DNA of 62,421 bases, the filler included, from Polymyxa betae A26-41 (lineage: Eukaryota > Protista > Endomyxa: Phytomyxea), in the NCBI GenBank assembly GCA_003693705.1. It is 6 parts of 6 records of this genome, joined end to end, with 100 filler letters (N's around TTAATTAATTAA, not from the genome) between each part and the next. Parts side by side here need not be neighbours in the genome. Positions count along the whole stretch, not along the records: positions 35,236 to 58,547 come from RBZT01000551.1; 5 more parts are not named here. One strand, 5' to 3'. Under the pieces are notes generated by a model. The model was not told where the DNA came from. It made no database searches and saw nothing but the letters and a program-made list of their open reading frames with translations. Shown piece by piece: positions 36,364 to 47,949 of the stretch (position 1 is its first letter; each line of letters begins with the position of its first letter). Position numbers and translations under genes: made by a program.

Positions 36364-36431
36364 TGACGGGAGTTGAACTCTAGACCCAAGGCTTACAAGT
36401 TCGGACCCCTGACCACCGCACTACGACCGTC
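36364..36431 (-). pseudogene. tRNA-like sequence (pseudo-tRNA or SINE head)
   Basis: A-box-like TAGTGCGGTGG, B-box-like AGTTCAACTCC and GACGG/CCGTC ends. Anticodon and T stems pair poorly. Confidence 0.45.
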
Positions 36432-37386
36432 ACGTCTTACAACGATTCGCATGATCAGATTGGGGAATATGGTCGAAGACACGGAATCCGAATAAAATAT
36501 GGTGGGTGGGGAAAAGTTTCCTGGCAGCCTGGCGGAAATGAAAAGGATTCAATTATGAAAAAACCAAAATCTTCTTGGGAATAATTCTGAATTGGAAGCG
36601 TAATTATGGAGGGGATTTGTCCTGCAAAACGCCGTTTTGAAACTGAGTTGCAACTGTCTGGAGGCAAAACGGAGCCTCATCCGAAAACGCAGTTTTCTCT
36701 CCGTGAAACGGCGTTTTCAAAAAGGAGGTCCGACCTCCGTATTGACACCGTTTTGCGTGTCGCCGCACCTTCCTGACGCACAGGATTCTGCGTTTACGGC
36801 GATTTGTCTTGGGTGTCTGGAGGTTCCAAGCCCATCAAAACGCCGTTACGACTACCGTATAGTGCGGGACTTTGTACCCTACGGGACTTTGTTACCAACC
36901 CCCCAGTGAAAATTGATGTATATTCTATAATATTTCTTTTGTGAGGACATTTATATTGGCGCAAATGAGATATCTTCGTAGGCCACGTCAAGCCGAGTCG
37001 ATTGATGTATAGATTTTCAACCATTGTCTTTTTCTGTGATGGTGAGGGGCCTCCATCAGCACCAGCCAGGCGAGGTCATCGACATCGTTGGAGTTGCGTC
37101 TGGCGTGCCGAATTTCCGATGCTATCTCACAGCACGGTACCAATTGTGGGAAAAACATATCTCGTTGTATGAACGAGAAATATTCTGTTGAAGATATACG
37201 ATAAAGCACTCCCCGAAACTATTGGTCCAAAGACTGAACAAACCGAACATCGACTCCACAAACCGCACATCGACTCCTAATCAAAAGTCAACACAAATCG
37301 TTCTAGCACCTCGTTTGACAGCATATCTGATGAATGATGATCAAAACGATCTTAGGTATGTTTTGTCATTGAAATATCCAAAAAGA

Positions 37387-37471
37387 TGTGTTCGACGGGA
37401 TTCGAACCCGCGCTCCGCGAACGAAACTAGCGCCTTAAGCTAGCGCCTTAGACCAACTCGGCCACAAACAC
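37387..37471 (-). tRNA. tRNA-Leu (AAG)
   Basis: Acceptor GTGTTTG/CGAACAC; anticodon arm CTAGC-TTAAGGC-GCTAG; long variable arm; GGTTCGAATCC; T5 terminator just downstream. Confidence 0.93.
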
Positions 37472-38524
37472 ATTTCCATATTTATCGTTCAAACGCTTCA
37501 ATTAAGGAACGATCCTCTACCTCAGAATAAGCAAATGCACAGCGGAAGATAACATATTCTATGTTGAATCATCTTGTCGACGATGAGCATTTCCATTTGA
37601 TTGAACCTCATCCATGCGATGAGCTGACCGAGCGAGAGTAGACCCAATTGTGACCTCGATGCTCGTAGTCCATTGTTGAACGAAGACAATCGCTGGTCAC
37701 ATATCGAGCCATTGATATCGATGATGGTGCAGGTGTAAGTAAAGGGAGCCAAGCTTTGCGATTGAGGTAAATGTATATTCAGTGCGGATAATACCTCTGG
37801 TGACTGAGGACCAGGGAATACTGCCAGCGAGCATGTTGCAGAGAGTGCTGATTCTGTATCAGTCGCGATGGGTTCGTGCTGTAAATCGTTTCTTCTTCGC
37901 CCCCCCCCCCCCAACAGACCTATTGTTTGCAGCAGCCACGACATGATCCTATTAACTGGGTAATAACACTCGAAACCTCCGGGTCCTCGAAAACATGAAA
38001 GTCAAAAAAGGCCCGAAAATCTCGCCCGACCCAGCCGAAATCCCGCCCTCACCACCACCCTGGAGAAACAGGCCCCAGCCATCATCGGAAAGCGGTATCG
38101 GCTGGTCTTCATCAGCAATTTTGCCAAATAAACTCGGCCTCCATTGTGGCTTATACCAAGTCTGTTTTAGTTCTAACCAGGTATATAAGCCGTGCTCGGA
38201 CCTTCAAATTCTTCATTCGTGTTGTACACCTAATCATCATACTTCTACAGGCATAAAACCTGGTATTACCCGTGTTAATTTAAATACACCAGGCGTGACC
38301 ACAAGTCATGTTAGCCCCGGCAGACGAAACATAACTCGTGACGATAGGTCGTTAATTCAAGACTCGTCTCAGAAAGGCCTTCTAGCATAGAGCCGAGTTA
38401 TTGATAGAAAGGCAACGTGTGCCAGCGATAAAAAGATGATCTTCGTGTAGAAGCGGCTTCAATCACAACTACAGCGGGATCGGGATGGAGATCGACTAGA
38501 AGGGATGCGGCTGCAGGCGTAAGC

Positions 38525-38893
38525 CGATTAGCAATTCAAGCATTACAGCAAAAACAGCAAACGAAAAACGTCGATGAGTTGATATCTGTAGTGCAGAAGT
38601 CGTTAGTTGAAATTTCCGATCAAGCGCTAAACTGTGCCTTAGAAACACTGCAGAATATCATGATGGAATGAAGATATCTGGAGGAATGCACAACAAGATT
38701 CCTCACACTGGGAAGATGAAGATTTCAAAGGAGAGTTGCTTTCCAGTTCAGATTAGGGTCGAGCAAGGTGCCATAGCCCAACAATCTCCAAAACCGTTTC
38801 CGAATTCCGACACTGGTTTTTGATAAAAATGTACCACTCAGTATTGAAGATTCTTCAAAACTATTACCGACTACTGAATCTTGAATGGAGGGT
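38525..38893 (+). mobile_element. mariner (plant DD39D-like) transposase C-terminal remnant and 3' end
   Basis: IQALQQKQQTKNVDELISVVQKSL...ETLQNIMME...GG..NKIPHTGK. GGAGGGTG end resembles mariner/Stowaway TIRs. Confidence 0.6.
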
Positions 38894-38934
38894 GTGCAAT
38901 AGTGCAGTGGCCCGGATATGGAATTTTATTCATT

Positions 38935-40270
38935 TCAAGATGGAGTCTGCGGAAGACCGGTACAGAGTTTGGAAACATCTCTGCCAAGTCGAATTTTGAA
39001 GTCCAGAAATTTTGTTGCTAAAGAACAATATGTGGCTGCACCAACAGGACGCTCACACTCTTGGAATTTGAATTCTACAATTTTCTCCATCTCGTACTGA
39101 ATCATATTAAGGGCGTTGAATGTAGACGTTACCATCAAATGGGACATGAAATTTGAGAGGCGGCGACGATGTGCTGAAATTAACGAACGATTTGAAGTAT
39201 GGGATGGCGATGTGCTCGATATAAGCTCTGTAAAATCCAATAAGGGATGTTTAAGCCACTGTTGGATTAGGGTTTCGATCTTGATACGAGCACGAGCTGC
39301 AGCACTGCTGAAGGCATCATCACCACGAGATTTGGCACCTCTTTTCTCCTTCAGAAATTTCTTAGACTTGATGTTCTTGTATGGTCGTAATATATCCTGC
39401 AGATCGCTCTGTATCGTATCTGATAAAAGTTTCAAGAATGAAATCGATATTCGTATCGTGTATACGCACCTGATAACTTACTATAGACCTTGATGATATC
39501 CTGAATGCGATCTATCATATTCTGATCGAATCGTATAGAATAGTCGTTGATAGAAATAGATTTACAGATCCGATCTGGACCATTATCTACGGACAATATT
39601 CTCTCAGCTTCTTCAATCGCATCACGCAACATCGCATCAAGTTTTGAGAGGTCTTTCGGGAAGGCCAGATCTTTCCTCTTGGACAATTTCTGATGAAGGA
39701 TTTCGGCGATGGGCGCAATTGATACGGGATCCGGGTATCGAGTCAAGGCGTTGTACTGGTCCACGGCTTGTGTCAATTTACGAAAGAAATCTGGTTGGAG
39801 ATTGTCGTGCGCCTTCTGCATTAACATGATAAGCTTCATGTGCCCATCATGTACTTCAGCCATGATCCCAACAACTTGCGTGACGTCGTACTGGTCCGGG
39901 GCCAGACGAATATCGTCAAGAATGGCGTCCAGAGAGAGTTTGAAAGATTGTAGCGGCGGATCGAGCTTCGTGGGCAAAAAGTCCGCATCAGCTAATGCAG
40001 TAGCAAGAGCTTTACTGTCAGTATTATGTTGCACATGGCTACGACTTAGAGCAAGTAACACTTTTGTAAGTAACATATGTGAGCAGTGAAGGATAGTCAG
40101 TCCATAAGCCTGACTCTCGAATAATGTTAAAGACGAGGGGTCATCAGGTAACAGATCCGGTAACGTGAAATCGACCTGACACGTTACTTGGCCCATAATT
40201 TTCGGGTCCGGAATCTTCTCAGTTATAGAATCTGAACGACAATCGATCAGCAGGAGCCAAAAAAAGATGA
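38935..40270 (-). CDS. hypothetical helical protein (two overlapping ORFs; frameshift or intron)
   Basis: ORFs 39432-40196 and 38935-39435. A short hydrophobic stretch lies in frame upstream. No family recognised. Confidence 0.45.
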
Positions 40271-40339
40271 AACGTTAAACAAAGCTCGGGAATGCCTTCA
40301 TGTAACATAATCAGACGCCCAAGTCCGAATAACATGAAA

Positions 40340-42100
40340 CTACAGGCTCCACCAACCTGCGGATCTCAATAGTCTTGATGCTGCGCTTGAAGGTTCTGTC
40401 CGAGTCTTATTATTCGATTCGTTTTTTAAAAAGTAAAACTGACCTGGAGTTAACGTTACTTGTACAGTGTCCTTCACTACATTTCGATCTACAACAATAT
40501 GACCAACATTAAAGCAGCCTGGCACAGGACCTACCTTTGCATTTCTTTTTGCGTTGCTTCTTGGAGTTGCCGGGTTTTAAACTGGTAGAGTCCGAAACAG
40601 GCACAGAGACCGAAGAACCTTCATCCTTCAGAATCCCATCATCAGCATCGGCAGTCGCGGCCGTACTGAATCCGTGTTCGGAGATTGGCAGAGAGGGAGC
40701 GCATTCAGATTCAGGTTCGAGATCAACTTGTGTGATTTCCGTGACTGGAGATGGAGATCCATCTTCTACTCTAGGTCCTGTAACAGAATTAGTAACAAAA
40801 CAATTGAGAAAATGGGAAAGATCGCAAAAATTCGAATCGAAAAAGAAGAAAGGTATGGTACTGTTTACAGAACAATCAAGAAAATGTGTTAAATTGAGAA
40901 AGATTCTCTGGTGTTTACCTGAAGCAGAATCTGATTTCTGTGTTTTGGATATTGCCGAACGCCCTATAATTTCCAAACATTAGATTGTGTATACAACTAG
41001 AAGGGAATACTGGACCTTGGGTCCGATTGCAGCGGGGTTTCTTCCGAGCCTCTATCAAATGAAGTCAATGAATTCAATGAGCAATAAAGTTTAGATCTCC
41101 AACCTGATTGCCTTTTCTTGATCTGATTCTTAGAGAGACGTTCAACAGGTTTCAAAGATAAGTTGGAAACTGGAGACTCAGTTTCGACATTTTCAATGTT
41201 GCTGTTGATATGGAGTTTGTTGGCAGCAGATTCAGAAACAGCAACATCAGTATTGAGGATGTTGTGATGGCCGGAATACAATTCGACGCCAGTATCGACC
41301 ATATCTTGATGCGAGATGTCCGGCGTAGTTTCCGCCGAATCCTCCGGCATAGTTTCACCTGAATCATTCGGCATAGTTTCAGCTGGACTCTTTGGCACAG
41401 TTTCATTTGAATCCTCGGGCAGAGATTCAGCTAGACACTGCGGCATTGTTTCATCAGCAACCAGATCAGAATTATCACGTTCATCAATCGTAGTATTGCC
41501 AGATGTTGTATAATCTGTGGAATGAGACATCTCAAGAACAATTGAAGGTTCATAGATCAGGGTCTCTGGGTTTTCAAGGAATGAATTCCAAGAATCACAG
41601 ACTGTAGAATCTTCAGATTCAATTAGAATATCTGCGGAGCTCGTTGACAATCCCATAACATTGTTGAAATCAGGATTTGGTTTGACGATGTTGTCCATTG
41701 AATTTGTCAATGAAAAGTCTTCAGACATAAAAGTGAAAGGGTTGAATCCAGTATGTACAGATTCATCAGAGCAGGTAGACGGCTTACAGGTGCTAATGAC
41801 ATCTTCATTCGAAATCTTGCTGTTCATGAAATCTGTCATTGAGAAATAGCTGAAAGATTTGGATCCAGTCTTTGCATAATCATCAGAACAGGTAGACGGA
41901 TTACAGGTCTTAGTGACATCTTCATTCGCAAACTTTCTGTTTATCAAATCTGTCAATGAGAAATAACTGAAAGAGTTGGATCCAGGCTGTGCAAATCCAT
42001 CACAATTGGAAGACGACTTAAATGTTTCAGCGTCACGTTCAGTCGGAATCCTTCCCTGAAAGCCTTCATTCAGATACTAACTGACCATATTAAAAATATT
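40340..42100 (-). CDS. hypothetical acidic Ser/Asp-rich protein with internal repeats (broken ORFs)
   Basis: ORFs 40997-41956 and 40509-40976. About 40-aa repeats (FSYFSMTDF...TCKPSTCSD) and 8-aa repeats (MPEDSAET). Confidence 0.45.
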
Positions 42101-42188
42101 TCAACAAACCTGCGAAGAATTGAATGGAGATAGGTGTGAGAGGATAGAATCATCTAAACATACATTAGATAATATATTACAAAAAACT

Positions 42189-42602
42189 TTAGAGGAAACT
42201 CCAACCTAGTTCTGTGAACATTCTGCGGATTTCGATATCACGAATGTGTCGTGTCTGATCTGAAAATTTCATTCGAATATCAGCCAATACTGAATCCAGT
42301 CGCTGATTTAACATCTCCGAGATCTGCCAAGCATTCCATTCACTGAATATGGACATGTTTGATGCAAGATCGAACAGCATATTGTTGGCATCCTTCAGTA
42401 ACGTGAACATGGTATTGGAACATCGATCATGAAGAACATTATTCAAGATGGTCCAAAATTCCTGAATATCACAGCGAATATTGAATAGAGTTGTAGCGAT
42501 ATCATGACCTGGCTCCATAACAGATATTGATCTGCGGCAGTAATGTTGATAATCTTGTACGAGATCATCATATTGAATGTGTGAAGAGAGATTCATCTCC
42601 AT
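42189..42602 (-). CDS. hypothetical protein
   Basis: 137-aa ORF with protein-like composition; no motif recognised. Confidence 0.3.
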   Translation of the reverse strand: MEMNLSSHIQYDDLVQDYQHYCRRSISVMEPGHDIATTLFNIRCDIQEFWTILNNVLHDRCSNTMFTLLKDANNMLFDLASNMSIFSEWNAWQISEMLNQRLDSVLADIRMKFSDQTRHIRDIEIRRMFTELGWSFL

Positions 42603-42768
42603 ATCATCCCATACATGATTGAATATACATTGCTGTTCAGATTCATTACCAAGACAATGAGTAATCTGTTCAGCTAATTCAGAGCTAAGCCCTAAAAGTC
42701 ACGTAATCAGAAAGGTAATTAGGAAGTCGTATCACATTCTCACCTGAGTGCAATGTCCACTCGCCAAT

Positions 42769-42896
42769 CCCGCGATCCTAGTAAGGGCTGGTTAGATCAG
42801 CAAATGACAGTACAGGTAACATTACAGGTTGGGCCAGTGTCACAGCTACAGTAGAGAGTATCATCAAGAGCATTGTCAATACCATTGGTGATTTGG
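42769..42896 (+). repeat. left arm of long inverted repeat
   Basis: 128-bp exact reverse complement of 57936-58063. Gapped similarity continues to about 43085. Confidence 0.95.
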
Positions 42897-44448
42897 AACA
42901 ATGATGAAGGAGACTATTGACCGGCAGATTTCCAGAGATTGATCTCGTGATTAATGCAACTCTCGAAACTTTTGACAGACACTCTTATCGCAATCGGAGT
43001 GCCCCCAGTGCGCAAGTTCTCCAGAAACAGCGCTTACCCAATTCTGCGCCCGTAAAAAAATATACACGAACGAGGTCGCACATTTTACAATCGAGGCTGG
43101 TAACCGCTCAACCTCCGGTAACTGCCGTATAGACTATAGAACCTGGCTGAAGTGCCTGCGATCAACTTTTTACGCAATTCGTTATTTTTCCCTTTTATTT
43201 TTCAGGTCACCGACTGTATCGGATTTGACTCATTTGAGGTCCCAAAACCTCCGTTCGCAATACACTGCGCTCGGAGCCGATTTAGGGACTGCGTGACTGC
43301 ATCTGATGAATATTCTCCTGCAATTTGATGAAGTATGGGGCCTCCCTAATGAGGTTCGGCCACGGAGTCCGTACGGAATCCGGAGGCCACGCTGGAGATG
43401 ATAGATTTCTACCTGGGATTATACTCAGAATATTAAATTTTGTTTCTATCCCTGTATTCGTTTTGAGTAGATCTTTAAGATCCCGATACCGAGGAATCGC
43501 TACAGAGACTTCTTAAAAAAAGTTGATAAACGCTGTCAATCCGGAACGAAAACAAGCTATGGATCTCTTCGAAGTAGACGGAGTTTGTGTTTATTCTGCC
43601 CTTAATGCAACAATCCGCTTTTTGATTTGCCTTGAATCGAAAGATGTTTTGCCTCTGGTATTGAACTGCCGAATGTGTCAAGCCCAGAACTGCCTTTTTA
43701 TTGCAATACCGGCTTGGCGTCAGAGAACTTCTTCTAATTTCAGAACAGCTTGTTTCGATAAAAAGTTCGACGAGGTCGCTCGACCACGATGTCCTGTTAC
43801 CTGCGCCTGAAGAAGGGGTTCTAATTGGCCTTTTAGTGCTTGCGAATAACCACAAAATATTTCAGAAAGTCAGCGCACTTGCAGCTCCAGCGCAGGTTGT
43901 TAGATTCCTTGGTTTTGCCTCGCTCTCTTGGCCGTCAATATTGAGTTGAGCCGTTAGAGGAGATGTCTACGACGACAACAGAGACAACGACTAATAGATT
44001 AAATTAGCGAAGTGAGTGCGCGCACTTTATTGAACACCAAGATGCTTGAGTTAAACCAACAGTCAACGGCAGCACACTGCTTCGTCGTTACGCTCCTGGC
44101 CAAGTGCGCTAACTCATATGCTAACAATACTCTTTGTTAAGGAATTCGAGAACCGCAACACAGTGACATTGCACATAATTAATTCCGTCACGCAGAATTT
44201 TTTTGTACGGTACGAAGTTCATAGGATAGGGATTGATACTGTGATTAAAATCTACTCATTAGCCAAGCTCGTGATTCTATGCCTGACGACAAGGCTCTCG
44301 GTTTCGTACAGAGCCTGCTCTGGCAAGACCAGACCAACGAAAAAGTATCATACAGTCGCTTGCCCAAGATTTGGGGATCGATATCTCCCTGCGAACGCAA
44401 CAGAGATGGAACAACTCTCCAGGTAGCGAACCTTTTTCCGCTTACAAG

Positions 44449-45233
44449 CAGGGATGCCTACTAAATAATTCATGACTAAGAGTAATTCCTAATGACCCAT
44501 TAGCATCATTTATTCCGGGTAGAAGGTGGGAGGAATAAATTAGAATATTTATTCCTTTGTGGGGATAATTCCTAAAGATTTTGGGAATGATTCCTATTTA
44601 TTCCATGTTAGAATGCATAATCTCAATATTCCAAGGTAACCCTGCGTCCATCGGTCAAATACAATTGCAAACTGATGCAGAAGCGTCGTTTTGATTTCCC
44701 TCAACTAAAAAGGTCAGTTTCTTTGAAGGAATCAACACAAACTGGTTCAAGTTTGCTTAATAACCTAGGGTTTTCTTTTTCCAAAAGTTGAAGGGAAGCA
44801 AGTCTTCCACTTGATGCTTGTGAAGATGTTCTCGCCTGCTCAATAGTAACCGGGTGATGCCTGTTGATCTGGTCCAGCAGGTTCTGCCATCCTCGGTTTT
44901 CTTTGCGGGACATCCCACAGTGACAGTCTGACAGGTCCAGACGTGGTCCTCGCCATCCACAAAATATTTTGCAACAAGCTCCTTACTATCAACCCGGGCC
45001 ATCTCTCCTTCAGCGGTCGTCGTTTTGCCAATAAAAAGCAGCCGCGGTGCCCGCTACGACCTTCGCATTTATAATTGGAATATATCTAGGAATATGTTCC
45101 CTATTCCGGAATAAACAACTCCATGACAGACTAGAATAGGAATAATTTATTCTGCGGCGGTCACATTAGGAATAGTATATTTTATTTATTCACCTGAAAG
45201 AATAAATACATAATTTTTATTCCGGAATCCCTG
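44449..45233 (-). mobile_element. non-autonomous hAT element with BED-finger remnant
   Basis: TIRs CAGGGATGCC / GGAATCCCTG. 8-bp repeat CTTACAAG at 44441-44448 and 45236-45243 (2 extra bases on the right). ATTCC subterminal repeats; WTC...GWQNLLDQINRHH. Confidence 0.78.
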
Positions 45234-45598
45234 AACTTACAAGAGCAAACGTTTCTGGGTCTTTCTTTATCTTCGGGCGCAGCACACTCTGATTGAACCT
45301 TTGCTAAACCAAATTTGAAATTTAATGAAATTTAACTCGTTCTGATCGAAGGTAATTTTAAGAGCTTATGCTTTCAGTTTTAATAGCGGGTTCGACGACA
45401 GAACATGATCGAAAGTCACTCTCTCGAAGTAGTGTGTTCCGCTCCCCTTTACAAAATTCTGCGAGACGGAATTTATTATGTGCATGTCACTGTATTGCGG
45501 TTCTCGTATTCCGTACTTTGTGATCTAACGAAAGCACATCTACCTTAGCTACTGCCTATGAAAAACAGCGTTAGGCACATCAGAAGGTAAAATTTCCA

Positions 45599-45775
45599 TG
45601 TTAAATCACATTATCTGTTGAGCGATATACAAGTCTGGAGTGGTTACGGACTATTTTGTTACAAAACCTGAATGAGACAGGAGCAGCCCTTCTGCAGGTC
45701 ATTAAGGCGGAGCCTCATGACATCATTAATATCTCCTATATAAACACACTCTCAATTGTTGTCGTGGATTTAACA
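45599..45775 (+). repeat. Copia 5' LTR (177 bp)
   Basis: TGTTAAATC...GATTTAACA perfect 9-bp terminal IR, followed by PBS-like GATTAAGAGTCCCA and gag. Confidence 0.82.
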
Positions 45776-45798
45776 GATTAAGAGTCCCATCGCCAACT

Positions 45799-47052
45799 AT
45801 GAGTGTGGAGAACAAGGAAGGCGAAGTGCCATTATTCAATGGGACTGACTTCCGTGATTGGAAACGTCGCATGGCCAACTACTTGGTTAGCAAGGATTTG
45901 GACATCGTGGCCAGGTTAGATATGAGCACTCTGACACTTTCATCTAATCCACCTATACTCAATGTCGCCGGGAATTCCAATTTAACTTCTCGTAAAGATC
46001 TTAAAGCTCGAGCTCTTATTGAAAAGAGACTTTCAAAAGGCGTCCTGCAGTTTATTGAGACAAGTAAAGCGACAACTAGTCATCAATTATGGGCTCGACT
46101 GGTTGCTGCTTATCAAAGGACATCAGGATCAGCAACGGTCACTGCAGTCAAAAATCTTTCAAATCATCGTCTGGGGGATCTGACTGTTCAGAATTACATA
46201 GCAGAACTGCACTGCATTGTCAACAACCTTACAATAGCATCGGGGCATATTTTTCCTGATAGCATAATCGCTGCTTTCATCTTAGCTGGGCTTCCTGAGG
46301 AATACAGTCCTGTTATTACCGCTATTGACAGCCATTCAAGCGAATTAGGCAGTGATCATGTTCGTAAAATGCTATTGAACAAGGAAATCGAACTTTCCGC
46401 TATTACGACAAGTACTGACAGCCAGTGTCATCTATCGAAGATGCAAGTTGAACTAACCGCATTACGTACTGAATTGACAAAATTTCGCAAGATTTGTAAT
46501 CATTGTCACAAAAACGGTCACCTTGAGAAAGATTGCTTCATTAAACACCCGGAGAAGCGACCTAAATGGATGAAAGGTCTAAAAGACAATAAAGATGCCG
46601 ACAATGCTGCGTTGTATACTGGAGACATCCTTCATCAGTCTGAATGTTCATCAAAAATTTCAAGCCGAATAAGTCTCATTGACTCTGGGGCTTCAACAAT
46701 GATGGAGCCGTGTCGGGAAGTATTTTCTGACATGAAACCAAGTCCAAGCAATCATATCATTCAACAAGCAGGAAATGATGCCAGTTTGAGTATCGACGGT
46801 ACAGGAACTACACATATTACTCTCGGGAATCAGGAGTACAAGTTAAAGAAGACCCTGTGGGTGAGAGGGCTCCAAACCGCTTTGTTTTCGGTAGGAGAGG
46901 GGACATCTTTGGGATTGAGTTTCATCTTTTCTGGAGAAGAGTGCAGGATCTATGACAAAAGGATGGAACTTCTTGTCGTAATTCCTAAGGTTAACAACTT
47001 ATATCCGATCATCTGGTTACTGAGATTTCAAAAAGATATGGCAGACATCTGA
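45799..47052 (+). CDS. Ty1/Copia gag-protease, truncated before integrase
   Basis: FNGTDFRDWKRRM, ILAGLPEEYSPVITAI, CNHCHKNGHLEKDC and LIDSGAS. Confidence 0.9.
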   Translation: MSVENKEGEVPLFNGTDFRDWKRRMANYLVSKDLDIVARLDMSTLTLSSNPPILNVAGNSNLTSRKDLKARALIEKRLSKGVLQFIETSKATTSHQLWARLVAAYQRTSGSATVTAVKNLSNHRLGDLTVQNYIAELHCIVNNLTIASGHIFPDSIIAAFILAGLPEEYSPVITAIDSHSSELGSDHVRKMLLNKEIELSAITTSTDSQCHLSKMQVELTALRTELTKFRKICNHCHKNGHLEKDCFIKHPEKRPKWMKGLKDNKDADNAALYTGDILHQSECSSKISSRISLIDSGASTMMEPCREVFSDMKPSPSNHIIQQAGNDASLSIDGTGTTHITLGNQEYKLKKTLWVRGLQTALFSVGEGTSLGLSFIFSGEECRIYDKRMELLVVIPKVNNLYPIIWLLRFQKDMADI

Positions 47053-47399
47053 CTGCTTGGTGTTATGTTTCCAAAACAATACTGCTGCAACGCACACTCC
47101 CAGGTGAGACTGCGATGCGTTCAGCCTGCCAACACCAAAAGGACTGAAGATCGTTTTGCAATGGACCCAGCCCATGTGTGGATGAAATCTGGCTTCGTCT
47201 ATTTTGCGGTTATGGTATTAGGGCTCGGACTTAATTTTCACATTTTTGCCTATTCCTAACATGAAAATTGTTCCTAGTGGGAAGGCGGCATTCATATTTC
47301 GAAATATAGAGCGTTACAGGAGAAAATGTTAGCAGCTGTGTTTTCCCATGTAAGAAAAGAAGTCTAAAAGAGAAATGCAGAGCGTGGGCGATGCCCAGA

Positions 47400-47640
47400 C
47401 CTTGTAGTGGATTCATGATGGGTGGTGGAGGCCGAAGATGCAGAAATATCTGGGAGAGGCGATCGTTGAGTCACGACCTGCAATTTCCCTTGCGCTCGGC
47501 ATCCAGATCGAGTGCAGGTCGAGACACATCGACGTCCTTCATCACTATGCTCGTGAGCAGTCCGTGGCCGGCGTTCGTGTAATTGAGCGCGGCAGTGGTT
47601 GCGGACATGCTAACCAGGCCTCTCGGCGCGATTGAGCTCC
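47400..47640 (+). pseudogene. Copia RNase H C-terminal remnant
   Basis: SRHIDVLHHYARE and ADMLTRPL. Confidence 0.6.
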
Positions 47641-47949
47641 AGCTCCAGTCTTGTTTGCGTAGCTGCGTTCGGGAAGTGATGTCAGGAGGCGACCGCGACG
47701 CGGCGGGCGTAGCCTTTGAAAATATTTGAAAGAATCATGGCCGGAAACAATTTCAGGACGCTCAAAAGCTGTTGAAGCCACGTTTTTGGAGCTTCTAGGG
47801 TTAGGGTCGTTACAATTACTTTTTGTGCATAGTGCATCTGGGATTATTGGCCATACATCATCCCAAAGCGGTAACAATTGTGAAGTTACTCGGGGTACGG
47901 GGGCCAACTCACTGTATGGATTGGGCCAGTGACTCACTTTGGCTGGTCT

